From: Chrysomallon squamiferum
Lineage: Eukaryota; Animalia; Mollusca
Assembly: GCA_012295275.1 (NCBI GenBank)
Contig: CM022665.1
Location: 13,764,001 to 13,828,000, forward strand
Direction: 5' to 3'
Length of the DNA: 64,000 bases
Part shown: positions 13,901 through 27,400 of the stretch, piece by piece
Position numbering within the stretch: position 1 is the stretch's first letter
Layout: every line of letters begins with the position of its first letter
Position numbers and translations under genes: made by a program
Notes under the pieces: generated by a model
Databases searched by the model: none
The model's input: only the letters and a program-made list of their open reading frames with translations
Told to the model about the DNA's origin: nothing

Positions 13901-16900
13901 CAGCTGATAAACTATTATGCTGTGCCAATTCTGAATGAAGATTCAAATACATTTATCCTTTGATTATTACACATAATTGTCTCAATACATAATTAAAATT
14001 TAAAAATTCTTATGAATGTTAAAAATGAAATGGCTTGTAACATTTAACAAATAACCACTGTACGTGTAAAAGCAAAATAGAGCTTTTTAAACTTAATGTA
14101 AGATATCTTTGAAATCTGGAAATATATATTTTTTTAAATATAATTATTTGACTGATATAACACCACCAAAAAAATATTTACTATAAACTTTTACCTGGAT
14201 ATCTCATTTACATAGCTGGAATAATAACATACAAGCATCCTCGACACACTCAACATGTAAACAATAACATTTTAAATTTTAACGAAAAAAATTAAAAATA
14301 ATAATAAAAATAAATAAAAATCACCATGAACTTCAAGAATGCAGTGATCCTTTTGAGCTCGACCTGACACAATCAAATTATCAGTGGGCTGAATTTCAAA
14401 ATCTTCATCATCACTGTTATTCTAAACAGAGAAAAAAAAAAACTAATTCTCTTAACGTAAAACAAAGTAACAGAGTAATATTTCTTGATTACATTTTTAC
14501 TCTCAAAATAAATCACATAAAACTTGAGCTATAGCATATTCATTTTAACTAATTACTATATGACAAAACATTTGTTAATTCTGACATGGTCTTAAGCGAA
14601 CCCCATCATCTTTTATCAAGAAACGTAAAACATCTTCTCAAAGACAGGAATACAAATATCATAGCACTAGACATAAGTAGGTATATGAAATTAAAGGGAT
14701 ATGTTATTAAAGGGATAACAAAAAAAAAAAAAAAAAAAGAGGACAGAGAAATATATGATTTTGTGCTCACATACTCTGTAGCTGTCCTGAATATATCTTA
14801 AAGGAAGTACAGAACTTACATCACCCTTTATGGTTATATATGGATCTTCATCATTTGAAGCAAACTGAGTATAACATCCAATACCAGCTAAAGGGTTATA
14901 ATCTAAGAAACAAATAAACAACATTTTATTTTTATAATAACACTTTATATATATTATATGTCTTAAAACCATTAGAACAACAACAATAATACATTATTAT
15001 GTTAAGTTATTAAACCCATATCTTTGAAAAAAAAAAAAAAAAAGGCTTGTAAAATTATGATGGTTAATCAGTGTAATCAGTTTGTAGCAAATTCCTCATA
15101 AAGAAAGTAATAACCTCTTTTTGTGTATATAAACATTTTAATGATATATTATTTTTAATTTAATACCATTTAAAAAAAATATAGATGGGTTTTCTAACAA
15201 CTTTTAAACTGAACTGCATCAGTTCAACTGTAAAGTTTAAGTAATGGGAAATTAACAGAGAAATAAAGGAAAAAGTAGCAGCTTTTGATAATGAATGAAT
15301 GAATGTTAACAACACTTCAGCATGAAAAATATATCAGCTACTGGGTGTCAAACCAAAGGTAAATACAACAAAATGGTCATTATTTTATATAAAAAAAATT
15401 AATTACAATACAGTGTAAAGAGCTGTGTAAAAATAAGTTTCACAGTTTAAGTAAATTAAAATTTATAGTAAAATTCTGTAACTTTCAAACATTTTAAAAC
15501 AAGTGCAGGATGAATTGAAATCAAAATGATTCTGTATGTCAAACAGAGGTATGTCAAATCTGCCTTTTCATTCCCCTTTATGCCAACATGGCTGGGAACC
15601 CAACAAAAAATAATGTCCTTATTGGCAATAGTTAAGAAGACACAAATGAGTCTGTACAAACAATGTCAACTTTTGGGTTTATTATACAATTTCTCTACAA
15701 ACCCCATCCCTCTCAAAAATATAATGTTGCAGCATACATTTTCATTTAGAATAAATTAATTCTTCTTTGATTAAAACTGGTAGATTTAGAAAATTTAAAA
15801 TAATACAGTCAAGAATTGACATTATTTTATTCATTCACAATGTGTACTGCATGCAACAACAAATTTATGAAAAACAGCCTTGTCAACCCAGTAATGTGAC
15901 ATCAACACAATGAATTAATTAAATATAAACTAACTAATTTACCGTTATCTTCATCATCATAATCATTTAAATCATATTTGCTGACTATATCATCATCATC
16001 TTCATCCTGCTCCATTTTGGCAACTTTTTCTTCAGATTTTCTCTTTTTATTGATTTCAGCTTTAGCTCCGTCTTGGTTTTCATCTTCATTTTCACTTTCA
16101 ACAGCCTCAAGTGCACTAAAATAGCAAAAATAAAAGCAGCTATAGTTCAATGGTTTTATCTCTTACTTGATGTGTGAGATAACAAATATCTCTGTGCACC
16201 ATTAAGATATTTGCAATTCCAGTGTTTTATACCTGGTTAAGAGAACTCTTGTTTTTATTTTGTAGTCTATGGCATACTTTAGTGGTGCTAAAAGATTTAC
16301 GAGACATCGCTACAAACACTTAATGATAACCAGAAGCTTCCTTTCGGATATCATCATTGTACGAAATTCATGTTTTGATAATAAGCATTAACATCTAGGA
16401 GTTAATAGTCATGCAATATTTATTGATACATGCAGTGATGGGAGAAGAAAAAAAAATGAAATTCAAAATTAAAATGCATATATAATTAAAAATGAATGAT
16501 TAATCTGAACTCAATATTTTTTTCAAGTGATCTTAATTATTAACTTTTACTTACTCTTTTGTGTTTTCAATAACCTGCTTTAGTTCCTCCTTATTAATTT
16601 CAACCTTGAAAATAAAATTTTGAAATTAATATTCTGACACAACTGTACTAAGTATAACTATATATCAAATGGGGAAACAGACATATAATCTTAAATACTT
16701 AAAATTAAATACTAAAATAGTTAAATTTAAAGAACTAGTAATAGTATTACTACTAGAAGGGTATTACCCTAAAATTATGGGGGGGGGGTAATCATTTTCA
16801 TATACATGTTATCATATTATAACAAGCTTTTATTTTCATGATACCTTAGTTGGCACTGCTTTAGCGACACCTCTTGGGATCCAAGAAAGACAAGGGACAC

Positions 16901-16907
16901 TGTTCAT
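7999..16907 (-). CDS. PWP1: Periodic tryptophan protein 1 homolog, WD40 ribosome-biogenesis factor (542 aa, 15 exons)
   Basis: Exons 16907-16845, 16604-16555, 16115-15943, 14902-14820, 14421-14325, 13842-13735, 13138-13017, 12523-12462, 11935-11839, 11493-11432, 11180-11069, 10664-10571, 10259-10138, 9815-9713, 8279-7999; all GT-AG, 1629 nt. Signatures: [113 protein letters not shown]. Confidence 0.96.
9400..9640. repeat. Degenerate copy of an interspersed SINE-like repeat (PWP1 intron 14)
   Basis: CTGGAACAGGAAATA (~9580) is close to the reverse complement of TATTTCCTATTCCAAC (~56775); similar blocks occur at ~21150, ~40315 and ~47280. Family assignment is from recollection of gastropod repeats, not from a search. 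Confidence 0.45.
15290..15660 (-). mobile_element. Non-LTR retrotransposon (I/Nimb-like) fragment with RNase H motif (PWP1 intron 3)
   Basis: 15614-15558 encodes [19 protein letters not shown], the WVPSH-G-GNE-AD RNase H motif of I-group LINEs. The minus strand ends in an (ATTC)n tail near 15290-15305. Confidence 0.8.
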
Positions 16908-17497
16908 GATGAACCATGTGTCGCTAACCGGATACAGTAAGAAAATTTATTTCCACCATTTATTCAGTTGTGAAATCCTTCTTTTCACTGGAGCTCCAAC
17001 AAAGTTTCTACATTAAAAAAAAAAAAAAAAAAACACAACACCGTTTAAAAACATATTTCACAGCATTCATCAGATATTTTAAATTGATTTGTTTAGATAT
17101 GAATTATGTTAATAAACCTGGATATATGTATTTCAAAATCATTTTCTTACAAATTATAGTAAACGATGCCCCTCAGCGTAAAGGGTGGAACAATAGTTTA
17201 ACAAATAAAAATGTCCGCTCCAAGGGGTTTGTCCCCCTAAAAGACTTAAACTAATTATTATTTTTATTTTTTTATTGGTGTTAGGTCTTAAACTTTTTAA
17301 ATTTTTCAAGGGATGTGGCAAGAGTTAAGGTACTGATAATGATTTTTCACTCGTAATTCCCGATCTGAGTCATCGTGTTAATTACCATTAGGCATTACTC
17401 TTTTAACTTCACAAAGTTGATCACTGAAAAGTGAAATTTGTTTTTGTCACCAGACGTTTTACTGAATAATCTGCTGAGTTTTTTTAAGTCTTGAGTG
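16908..17497. promoter_or_regulatory. Shared bidirectional promoter of PWP1 and STK40, including a probable non-coding first exon of STK40
   Basis: Start codons are divergent and ~910 bp apart. The STK40 ATG exon is preceded by an acceptor (TTTTAAACAG ending 17811), and a consensus donor G|GTAAGT lies at 17497/17498. CpG is locally retained. Confidence 0.65.
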
Positions 17498-17816
17498 GTA
17501 AGTAGCAAAACTTAGTAAAATAAGAAACAAAAACCAATATATATCTTATAATTTATCTCATTACAGTTAAATCTGAAATCTTTCCGAAATAGAAATATAT
17601 TTATTTATTCAAACTTGTGCTATCTAAATCTTAACTGCAGTTTTAATGAAAAGTTATATAATGACTCAAAGTTTGTCTTTCTGAATAATGATAAGGAAGA
17701 GAATCAGATTTAGAATTTAACTTCATGAACTAAAGAATAACATACTTAAAATTGTATTATTATTTTTTGCTGTTATTCACTATTTTGGCATGTATTAAAC
17801 ATTTTAAACAGATAAT

Positions 17817-20800
17817 ATGAAGAGAGGATCATCTTCAAGTTGTTCATCAAGTCACTTGACAGCTCGGAAACTAATAAGACTTGAAGCTACACCTTCAGTT
17901 TCACAGACAGAGAAACTAGGACTAACTGACAAACACCATACAGCATGCAAACCTGGTTTGAAAAGAGCAGGGCCTTATTTATTAGGTACATCATTTTTTA
18001 CAACTTACTGATATAGAGACTGTAATTTGAGTAACAGAAGATGACTATGTGCCAGATATATTTATGATTTACTACTTTGTTATGATTCATATAACATAAG
18101 ATCTTTTAATTCTACTGGATAGAAAATGACTAATTTGAATTTGCCATTTTTTTAAATGTGTCATATCAAATTGATTTCAAATTAACACGTATCTAATTAT
18201 AATATTTTTTTAAACTCTCTCTCTCTCACACATTCACTCTTTCCCCTTTTCTACTTCCACAAACCCTCCCTTGAAAAAACACAAAAAAACAATATGTTTT
18301 GGTTACAAATTTAAATTATGTTTTTCCAGGTCCTCGGTTGGGTTCATCACCAGTGAGAAGTATTGTGCAATGCCTGGCAAGAAAAGAGGGCACAGATGAT
18401 TTTTACACAATCAAGGTTTTTTTGTGGGGTTTTCTTTCACATGAATATTTTTAAAAAAAAGAAAAATTAAAAAAATAAGATAATGAGTTGAAAAAAGTTC
18501 ATAATATTTTTACATCAATAATAAAAATGAATTAATTGATTTTGTGTTTATTTTAGTTGGTTTAGATGCCTTGGGGGATTTAAAACACAATTTTTATTTT
18601 TTATTTTTTACATTTTTTTAATTTTTTTAAGATTTTAACTATGGAAGAGCCTGAAAGGGAGACACAGGATGACAGACAGGGCAAGATGTTAATGCACACA
18701 GAGTATTCACTGTTGTCACTGCTTCGTAATCAAGATGGAGTGGTACATCATCATGCATTGTTCAAGGTACATTTTTAGATTTAAAAAGTAAATCAGTCTG
18801 GATTTTGGTAATTTGGTATTTTTGTGTTATCACAGATCTCACTGCAGACATTGTCACTATTATTAAAATTAATTTTATTACAGGATGAAGCAATGGAAGA
18901 GGTTCCAGCTGAAAATGGTTTGATAGAGTACACAGGACGCAAAAGAAAACGACTCTGTCTGGTCTTGGACTGTTTAATACCTCATGATTTCTCTCTCAGA
19001 ACTGCTGACCTTGTCAACCTACAGCACTATGTCATCAAAGAAAAGAAACTTACTGAGAAAGAAGCCATTGTTATATTCTTTGACATTGTTAGGGTTGTGG
19101 ACAGTCTCCATAAGGTTTGTGTCTATTATAATGAGGCAGTATCTACTTGTATAGCAGGATCATTAATCTTCAGCCTGTGTTTTGAGCTTCTTCTTTTTTT
19201 CTGATCCTGCCAGTACTCTGCAAATAATACAGTGCAGGATGTAGTATATAATTACATTTTCATAATATATATTTTTGTAGTGTATACTTAAATTTTGTTT
19301 AATTGGACAAAGTGCTTACAAGAAGACTCTTGGGGAAGGTCTCTGGTGGGTTTCATACATGCATTATAAAATACAGTGACTTATTATTAAAATGTGGAAA
19401 TATTAGAAATTCTATAATGAGGAAATATAAAAATTCTCTTTGTTAGAATGAATATTTGTTTAAAAACATAGCACCATTTTATATTAATAACTATTATATG
19501 TTAGTGCAGTAGGAATTTTGTTTATGATGATAAAGTCTTTAAAATGGGTAGTTAATTATTAAGCTTTAAAGGAAAAAAAGACCTGCAAAGAATTTAACCA
19601 AGAGTTATTTCCCCTGAATTGTATCTTTAACAATATTAAAAAAAAAAAAAAAAAAAAAAAACCTGTAAAGCAATGATTGTTTTTAAGGAAATACAAATGT
19701 GATTATAAAATAAATTAATAATAATTTATTTTCTAATTGCAACTATATTCAGTCATTTTATTTTCATATTAACTCCTGGAGTTATTTTAATGTAATGCAA
19801 CACACATTATTTGTAATTTTATTTGAAGTTAAGTAATTTGAAAGTATTTGAAAGTCTTTATTTATTATTTTTGTTTTTATCTTGTAGAAAAATATTGTCC
19901 ACAGAGATCTGAAGCTGGGTAATATGGTTCTGAACAAAAGCACTCGTCGTATAACAATAACAAACTTTTGTCTTGGGAAACATCTGGTGTCTGAGAATGA
20001 TCTTTTGAGAGATCAGCGAGGAAGCCCAGCCTACATCAGTCCAGATGTACTCAGTGGTAACATTTTGTGTTTTTTAAATATATTACAATTTTAATATTAT
20101 GATTGGAAAGCAGTTGTTAGAAATTAAAAGATAAATTTCAAAATTAATTAATTTATTTATTACGCTGAAGCAGAAAGGTAATTTCCAAACAGCTAGTTAA
20201 AATTTAAAATAATAAATCATATAATATTTCTTCTTTTTAAAGGTTACGATTGAAAATATTCTGTTCTGACCATTCATAGTATAGTTCAAATGAATACTGT
20301 GTTTTTGATGTAGTTACTTTGACTTTTAGGTAAGCCATATCTGGGAAAACCCAGTGATATGTGGGCGCTGGGTGTTGTTCTTTTCACAATGCTGTATGGT
20401 CAGTTTCCTTTTTATGACATGGTACCTCAGGAGCTGTTCAGAAAGATCAAATCTGCTGAATACACAGTTCCAAAGTGAGTGAAGTAAAAAGATACAAAAC
20501 ACCTAAGTATGTTAAATAAGAATTAATAAATAACTGTAGATTATGAGTTATTATATTCATTCATTTTTAAGAATTTAATTATAAAGTAATTAGAAACTCA
20601 GTGACTCAAGTAGATAAAACTGTGAATCTTTAAAAATGATATTTGCTGTTTGATGTTTTGAAAAATGGGAGAACCCACAAAACAATTTCTACATTCTTTT
20701 AATTTGTGTATCAGTGATGGTCGTGTGTCGGAGAATACACTGATGGTGATTAGACGTCTGCTCATTTTGGATCCACAGACTCGGATGACAGCAAGCCAGG

Positions 20801-21735
20801 TTTTAGATGCACTTGGAACAATCATCACAACTTGGTATATATTTTATCACTTATTGTTAACATCAATTCATATTGCATTAGTGTGACCTGAATAACATGC
20901 AGATGAAGCAAATGAACATTACAAGTAAATAATTATTTAATGTGATTAGTAGTGATTATTTCATACATACACCCATATCACATACAGCTCTCCATGAAGA
21001 AGATAAGTTTATAAAATTAGACAAATCAGAATACTACATAGTCATACTTAATTTCTTATGAGGTTAAATGTAACTTAATGGCAGAATCCATCTAGAGAAT
21101 ATTGGATACTAGGATTTAATCTCACAGGTATTCATTCCTGCATGGTTATTCTCCATTCCAACAAGTGTTCCATATCATGTTTGTTAAAGATTATTGTGTG
21201 TAATTTCCTGTTATCAGTAAAATGTGTTTAAAATATCTTTTTCTAGTATTGCTTATAGTAGCAGTCCTTTCTTCTTTTAGACTTTCATGACAGTTAATAA
21301 CAAGCTAACATTCATTCAGTTAACTTAGTATTAAATTAATGTTTAACATGACTTTTGTAGACAGAATCAACAAATTATTTTGGTACTATGATTAAATTTG
21401 ATCTAATTTTTAATTAAAATATTTTTTAAAGGAAAGCCATGACAGTGGTTGGACCATTACAGATTGTTCCGGATGTGGATGACACTTCCCATGACTTGGC
21501 TAACAAACAAACCACAACAGCAACAACTTCTTCATCTCCTAGTGATCTTGAAATCCGACTTCATCAGCTGCAGTCAGACAGTGTACACCATGACTGGCAA
21601 CCAAAGCCGATTTTAGCAAGAAAGAAACTTGGTTCAAATCAGACACTGATAAGAAGAGTGAATGCTGATGCTCAGCCTTTGAATGCTATAGAGCTGGTAG
21701 CTCACAGACACATAATTCACCAGCCTAAGACATAA
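17817..21735 (+). CDS. STK40: Serine/threonine-protein kinase 40 (Tribbles-related pseudokinase, 452 aa, 8 coding exons)
   Basis: Exons 17817-17985, 18330-18415, 18632-18766, 18884-19114, 19888-20056, 20330-20474, 20715-20834, 21432-21735; 1359 nt. Signatures: KRAGPYLLGPRLGSSPVRSIVQCLARKEGTDDFY, QGKMLMHTEYSLLSLL, CLVLDCL, NLQHYVIKEK, HRDLKLGN, ITITNFCLGKHL, DQRGSPAYISPDVLSG, KPSDMWALGVVLFTMLYGQFPFYD, LQIVPD. Confidence 0.97.
21100..21250. repeat. Degenerate SINE-like repeat copy (STK40 last intron)
   Basis: TTCCAACAAGTGTTCC...TTAAAGATTATTGTGTGTAATTTCCTG resembles TTCCAACCAGTACTC...CCAAAGACCGTAATTTATGTTTTCCTA at ~56785-56840. Confidence 0.4.
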
Positions 21736-23908
21736 AGCAGCTACTCTTCTTATTTTTAATCCACCAACACAATATATGGATAATGAACCCAGTTCTCAAA
21801 CCATCAGTGAATTTAAACATACCAACTGATTAAGTGACTCCATGATAGTGTTTAGTTACTATTTTCTTTTCATCATCATATGAGTTACCACAGTAACGAA
21901 TATTTACAAAGAGATTTCTATGAAAAGGGCTGTTTACGACTTAGGCCTCTGTGCAGGGTTACACAAGCTGAGAAAATTTTATTTATTTATTATAATAAGT
22001 AAACCAATCTGAATAACTAAAATCATGAATATGAGATTACTAGTTAAAATTCATATAGCATGCACATGTTAATTAACACTACTATTTTGCCACAGAAAAA
22101 GAGGTGTACAAATTACCCAGATTTTATGTTAATGATTATTATTTATATTTGATGGAAATGTCGTATTATGCACCTTTTTAAGATGTTTGAAGTATTTCAT
22201 ACCAAAACATTTTTTGATCATGTTACAAATTCTATTACAAATGTGGAACAAACCTAATCATGTTCATTATAAAAAAGGTAATACTCAGTTCATTATTAAG
22301 AATTATAGATTACAGGATTAATGCTAAAAAAAACCAGTTCATGGTATATGTATATATTTTAATGTTTCAATTATTTTTCAAGTCAGAAAATTATATCAAC
22401 TAATTCAGGTGGTCTGTAATTAATTTTTAATGGTTTATAAATTATATAACAGTATCTGCAAGTAGCAGGATTAATGTTAACATTAATATTAGACTGAGAA
22501 TAATTTTTATATTTTATTACTTGTAATTTATTAATGATAGCTAAATGTTTATATTTCTGATCATGCATGTAGCATTGTTCTTGAATAATGAATAATATTC
22601 ATAAATTTTATCCTTTATAATGATATTATTTGTAAAATAGTATTATTAAGATTATTTTGATGTGCATTTTATTGAATAGATATTGTGCTAAGCTGTTAAA
22701 TATAAATAACTGTGTTTGTTTTATGTACATATATATTCATAATATCACATATTTTTATAGTTGTGATTTTATACATATTTTCCTTAAATATATGTAAAAG
22801 AAATTTTACAATTCTTAAAAGTAAGAGGAATCATGAATATTATGTATAAATGGAAAAGTAAAATGGCAGAATTCAGTCAAGTAAAATTTAAAATTTTTAT
22901 TTATTATTATCATAATTGTTTTTTAATTTATGAAAGGTCTAACGTGTTTGTATTTTTTTTTAAATAAACTCTGAAATGTCAAGTATGATTACCTGAGGAG
23001 GTAAAAAAAGACAAAAAAAATGAAAGTATTCAGTTTGTAGAACATTTATAGAAAATATTTTTGTATTTTAAATCCAAAATAATGTTTCTTGTAATTTTTT
23101 AAATGTAATAGAGTAATCATGTCAGGTTTCTGCTAAAAATTTGCATTTTATTTTATTTTTTTTTTTTTTTAAATTTTTTTTTTTGAATTAAACAAAATAA
23201 TGTAGAAATAAAAAAAAAATAAAAATAAAAATTCTAAAATAAATTTCAAATCTGATAAATAATAGTGTATTATGTCAAGTATTTTTTATTACATCTGTTA
23301 TGAGAAATAATTATAACAATAATTAAAAAAATATACATTTATTTTTAAACATTAATTTGTTGTTGTATTTTATTACTGAGGTAACCCTACTAATTAGTGA
23401 TCATTAATGTAATAATAATTACACAAGAAAAAAGATTATAGTTTAAATTGGTTTCAGAGATTTAAACTGAATGTCAGGGCTGGTTTGGTTTTCTCTTGAA
23501 AACAGTGGGGTAGTCAAAATCCTGCTATTTAACAACAGATTTAATCAGTTTTGACAGATCCAAATGACTGTTTAATGATACTTCTGCATATTTTAATATT
23601 AACGTTTATTAGATGCAAGTTCTTGCAAGAAAAGTACTTAAAACTATGATAGCACATAGGCCGCACAGCCTTTGAAAAAACCGTATGTACAATAATTACA
23701 GATCTATCATCTAAGAAAATAATTTTAAAAAGGACACTTATGTTAAACATACCCATAAAAAAAAAAAAAAAAACAACAACACACACACACAAAACTACAA
23801 CAACAACAAAAAAAAAAAAAAAAAAAAAACCCAAAAGGTCCAGTTTTTTGAAATTGTTACTCTTCTAAGTATTTTAACTTCGGTGATTTGATCATTCGTA
23901 AAACGAGA

Positions 23909-23949
<41 letters not shown>

Positions 23950-24358
23950 TCTAGATATCCTCATCTTACTTGAGTACAAGGTGTCCATAATAAATGGCAT
24001 CTAAATAAAATTACGTCTTGTGTGATGCAGAAGGTTTCTTCCTATCGAATATTGACTGAAGACTAACAAAAGCTGCGTGTAAAACAATATGTTACGTAAT
24101 ACATAGCAAACAGTCTTAGATGTTGCACGGATACTCGATATGTTTAAATTGGAAACCAGTCCATCATTAAAATTAAAAATAACTAATTACTTAAGTAAAC
24201 GGTAAAAATACAACAAGATGACATGTGCAAAAATAGCTATTTTTAATCCACCTGTCTTCCTCGTCGTTTTCTGTCTAATTTTAAATTTCTATCATTTATT
24301 ATTTCAGTTATGTCATTAGCATATCATTACTTCTTCGATGAATTTATATTATTAATTG

Positions 24359-24429
<71 letters not shown>

Positions 24430-24502
24430 TAAATCTGGTTCACATTTATTGTTATAAATATGAAACAAGTTATGGAACATTTTTCCTTACATTATTACAG
24501 CA

Positions 24503-24740
24503 GTACGACGTAAGACAGAATAAAGTAACAAATTAATAATAGTAAGAGTACAGATTTTGTTGCGAGGTTTGTCTTACTATGTATCTGTTGTGTAGATAGA
24601 TTAGTGTTGTACTATTGATTATAATTTATATTAATTTAATACCGACGTTAAAAAGAATATTTTATGAATGTCAAAATATTTTAAGTGATATCATAACATC
24701 TAAAGCAGATTAGAAATTTCCCCCTGTCAGTTCAGTATAT

Positions 24741-24773
<33 letters not shown>

Positions 24774-25130
24774 AATTAAAAAACTAAAAAAGAGAAAGAA
24801 AGAAAGAAAAAGAAGAAGTGAGAAAGCCCAGATGAATTGGCTAATTTTTTCTATAAACGTTTATTTTGTTCATTATATTATTACTTAAAAACAATATTAT
24901 TATTTACTTTTTTTATATTTTTAAAATTTTGTTAGGTTATTTTAATTTTATTATTACTGATACCTTTTCTACTACTACTAGTAAAAATCATCGTTATCAT
25001 CAGGATCAACATTATCACCATCTCGAAAATATAACCTGGATTCTCACCGCCGGAGAACTTCAGTCGATTCGCCACAACCATATCATATTACGGGTGACAT
25101 ATCTGCCTTACATTTCCCACAGAAACTTAA
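24503..25130. repeat. Local duplication, copy A (uninterrupted)
   Basis: Collinear similarity to 28979-30523, e.g. GATTAGTGTTG, ATAATTTATATTAATTTAATAC.GACGTTAAA, GATTCGCCACAAC, TATTACGGGTGACA, TCTGCCTTACATTTCCCA. Confidence 0.85.
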
Positions 25131-25331
25131 ATAAATAAATAAAAACACATTCAAATATATATATAATTTAAATAATAATAATAAAAATAAATAACAACAA
25201 AAAGAACTTTTGTCTTTTCACTCTAAATAATTTAATTTTTAATCAAAAGATAGTATTTAAAAAGGTTATTCCGAAAATTATCCATATCGTTATTATTATT
25301 ATCATAATCATAATCATCATCATCATCATCA

Positions 25332-25378
<47 letters not shown>

Positions 25379-25612
25379 AAATTTGTTTGTCCATTTACAT
25401 TAAATTAATGTTCAAAAAGGATTTCATATTTAATGGTTAAATCAAAATTAAATACTATATGAACAAAAGACAAGAAAACTTACTTCAAGCAATAATAACA
25501 AAAACAACAAAAATAATAATATATATATAAATCAAAAGATAGAAGAAGAAAAAAGAATACGTACAGCATAACCAACAAAATAAAAAAATAAATAAATGAA
25601 TATATGCAAAAA

Positions 25613-25643
<31 letters not shown>

Positions 25644-27013
25644 TAATAATAATAATAATAAAAATAACAATAGTAATAGTATTATTTGCCAGTTATACTG
25701 AATATTTGTAGGCAGTATATTCGTCGCAGTATTCTTTATTATTTGATTTTAGTTTTAATAAATGAAAATGAAATGAAAAAAAAAAAAATAATAATAATAA
25801 TAAATAAATAAAAATATATAATGAAAGTGAACGCAATTTTTTTAAGATTCTGCCAAAACAAAAGTCTAATAATAAAATAAAATATTCATACATGCATTTT
25901 ATATAATTCACTTTTGTTACAATATGTGTTTGAAATTGGATTTTAATACTGTAACAACTCATCAAAATTGTAGCCTCTTGCTACATTAGAATATCAAGTC
26001 AATACTATGTCATATGAATATATAATTATCGCAATACATTTATGTGTCTATTTGTAACATACTGTAGGTATTTATATGTGTATGTTGAATATGAATAATT
26101 TTGTGTGTGCCTCTCTCTCTCTCACACACACACATACACACACGCGTGCGCGCATTATCTTTTATAATTTCGCCGGTACTGATATTGTAAGGTCACGGAA
26201 TACACAAGGTTTAATTATAATAAGAAAACTGATCTAGAAAACTGGTTCATCTCACAAAATCTAGTTTACATTCGTTAAGTTGGTGTACTCGCAATTCCTT
26301 TTAGAACAGAGTCGTCATTAAGAAAACTGCACGCTTCGAATTTTCTTGGACTCACAGTTTTAATTGAAGACTTTCCTTTGGTTTGTTCTTTATTAACATG
26401 TCTTTGCTAAATGTATCCAGTCGTCTTTATGTTGCAAAGGTCAAGTAGGAAGAAAACGCTACTTTTAAAGTTCAGTTTCGCGACAGTGAAAAGGAAGAAT
26501 GCGGATGGTTAGCGGTTTCATAGACCCTTAACATAACCTTATGTTTTCACGTGTGCCTGGCTAAGTTATTCACACCTGCGGCAAGAATTGCATTTCGAAA
26601 GTTTAAATTTAATTTTTGGTTCTTCTTATAAGACATTCACTTCTTGAGCCAAAAAATTCTTCTCCAAGTTTAAATATAACTGTGGTGATTATAAGAATCA
26701 TTCCACGTCAGCTTCATCACTTAAAAAACAGTGACCTCGAAGGTGAACTATATACACCAGTAATGTTCCATGGAAGAACGCCCCGGCCAAAGTAATAGAC
26801 TCATCGGTCGAACAACTTTCATGACACTGTTAACCAAAGTTGGGCTTAATTTATCATAAAGTCACGATTCAGATTTATATAAGTGTTTTAGTTAGGAAGG
26901 TAATTCAAATATCATTTAAGATTTAAAAAAACAGAGAAAAAAAAAAGAAAAAAAGAGCCAAACACTCCTAAAAAAAAATACAACACCTTAGCAAACGAAA
27001 GAAAACTAACAAA

Positions 27014-27047
<34 letters not shown>

Positions 27048-27367
27048 AATAATAAAAATAATGATAGTAGTAAAAATACTAAATATATATGCATATTATT
27101 ATGCATTAATGAAAAAGGAAGCCACAATTTGTAATTTTCGATTTAAAAAACATATATCTGAACACACACACACACACACACTCTGAGGTTTTGCTCCGTA
27201 TATATATATATATATATATATACAAACTATACTAGCAGGAATAAAAAAAAAAAAAAATCAATGACAGACTAAAACCTCCCTCACTGCTGAGTTTTAAATA
27301 TTAAATATTCTACTTCATCCAGAAATATCTGGAGTTAATTTCATATTTCAATTATCCAAAATATGGC

Positions 27368-27400
<33 letters not shown>

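Noticed and set aside
287-21735. Functional cluster of a kinase chaperone (CDC37) with a kinase-fold gene (STK40)
   Set aside because: Proximity of housekeeping genes in a eukaryote is not evidence of a functional system.
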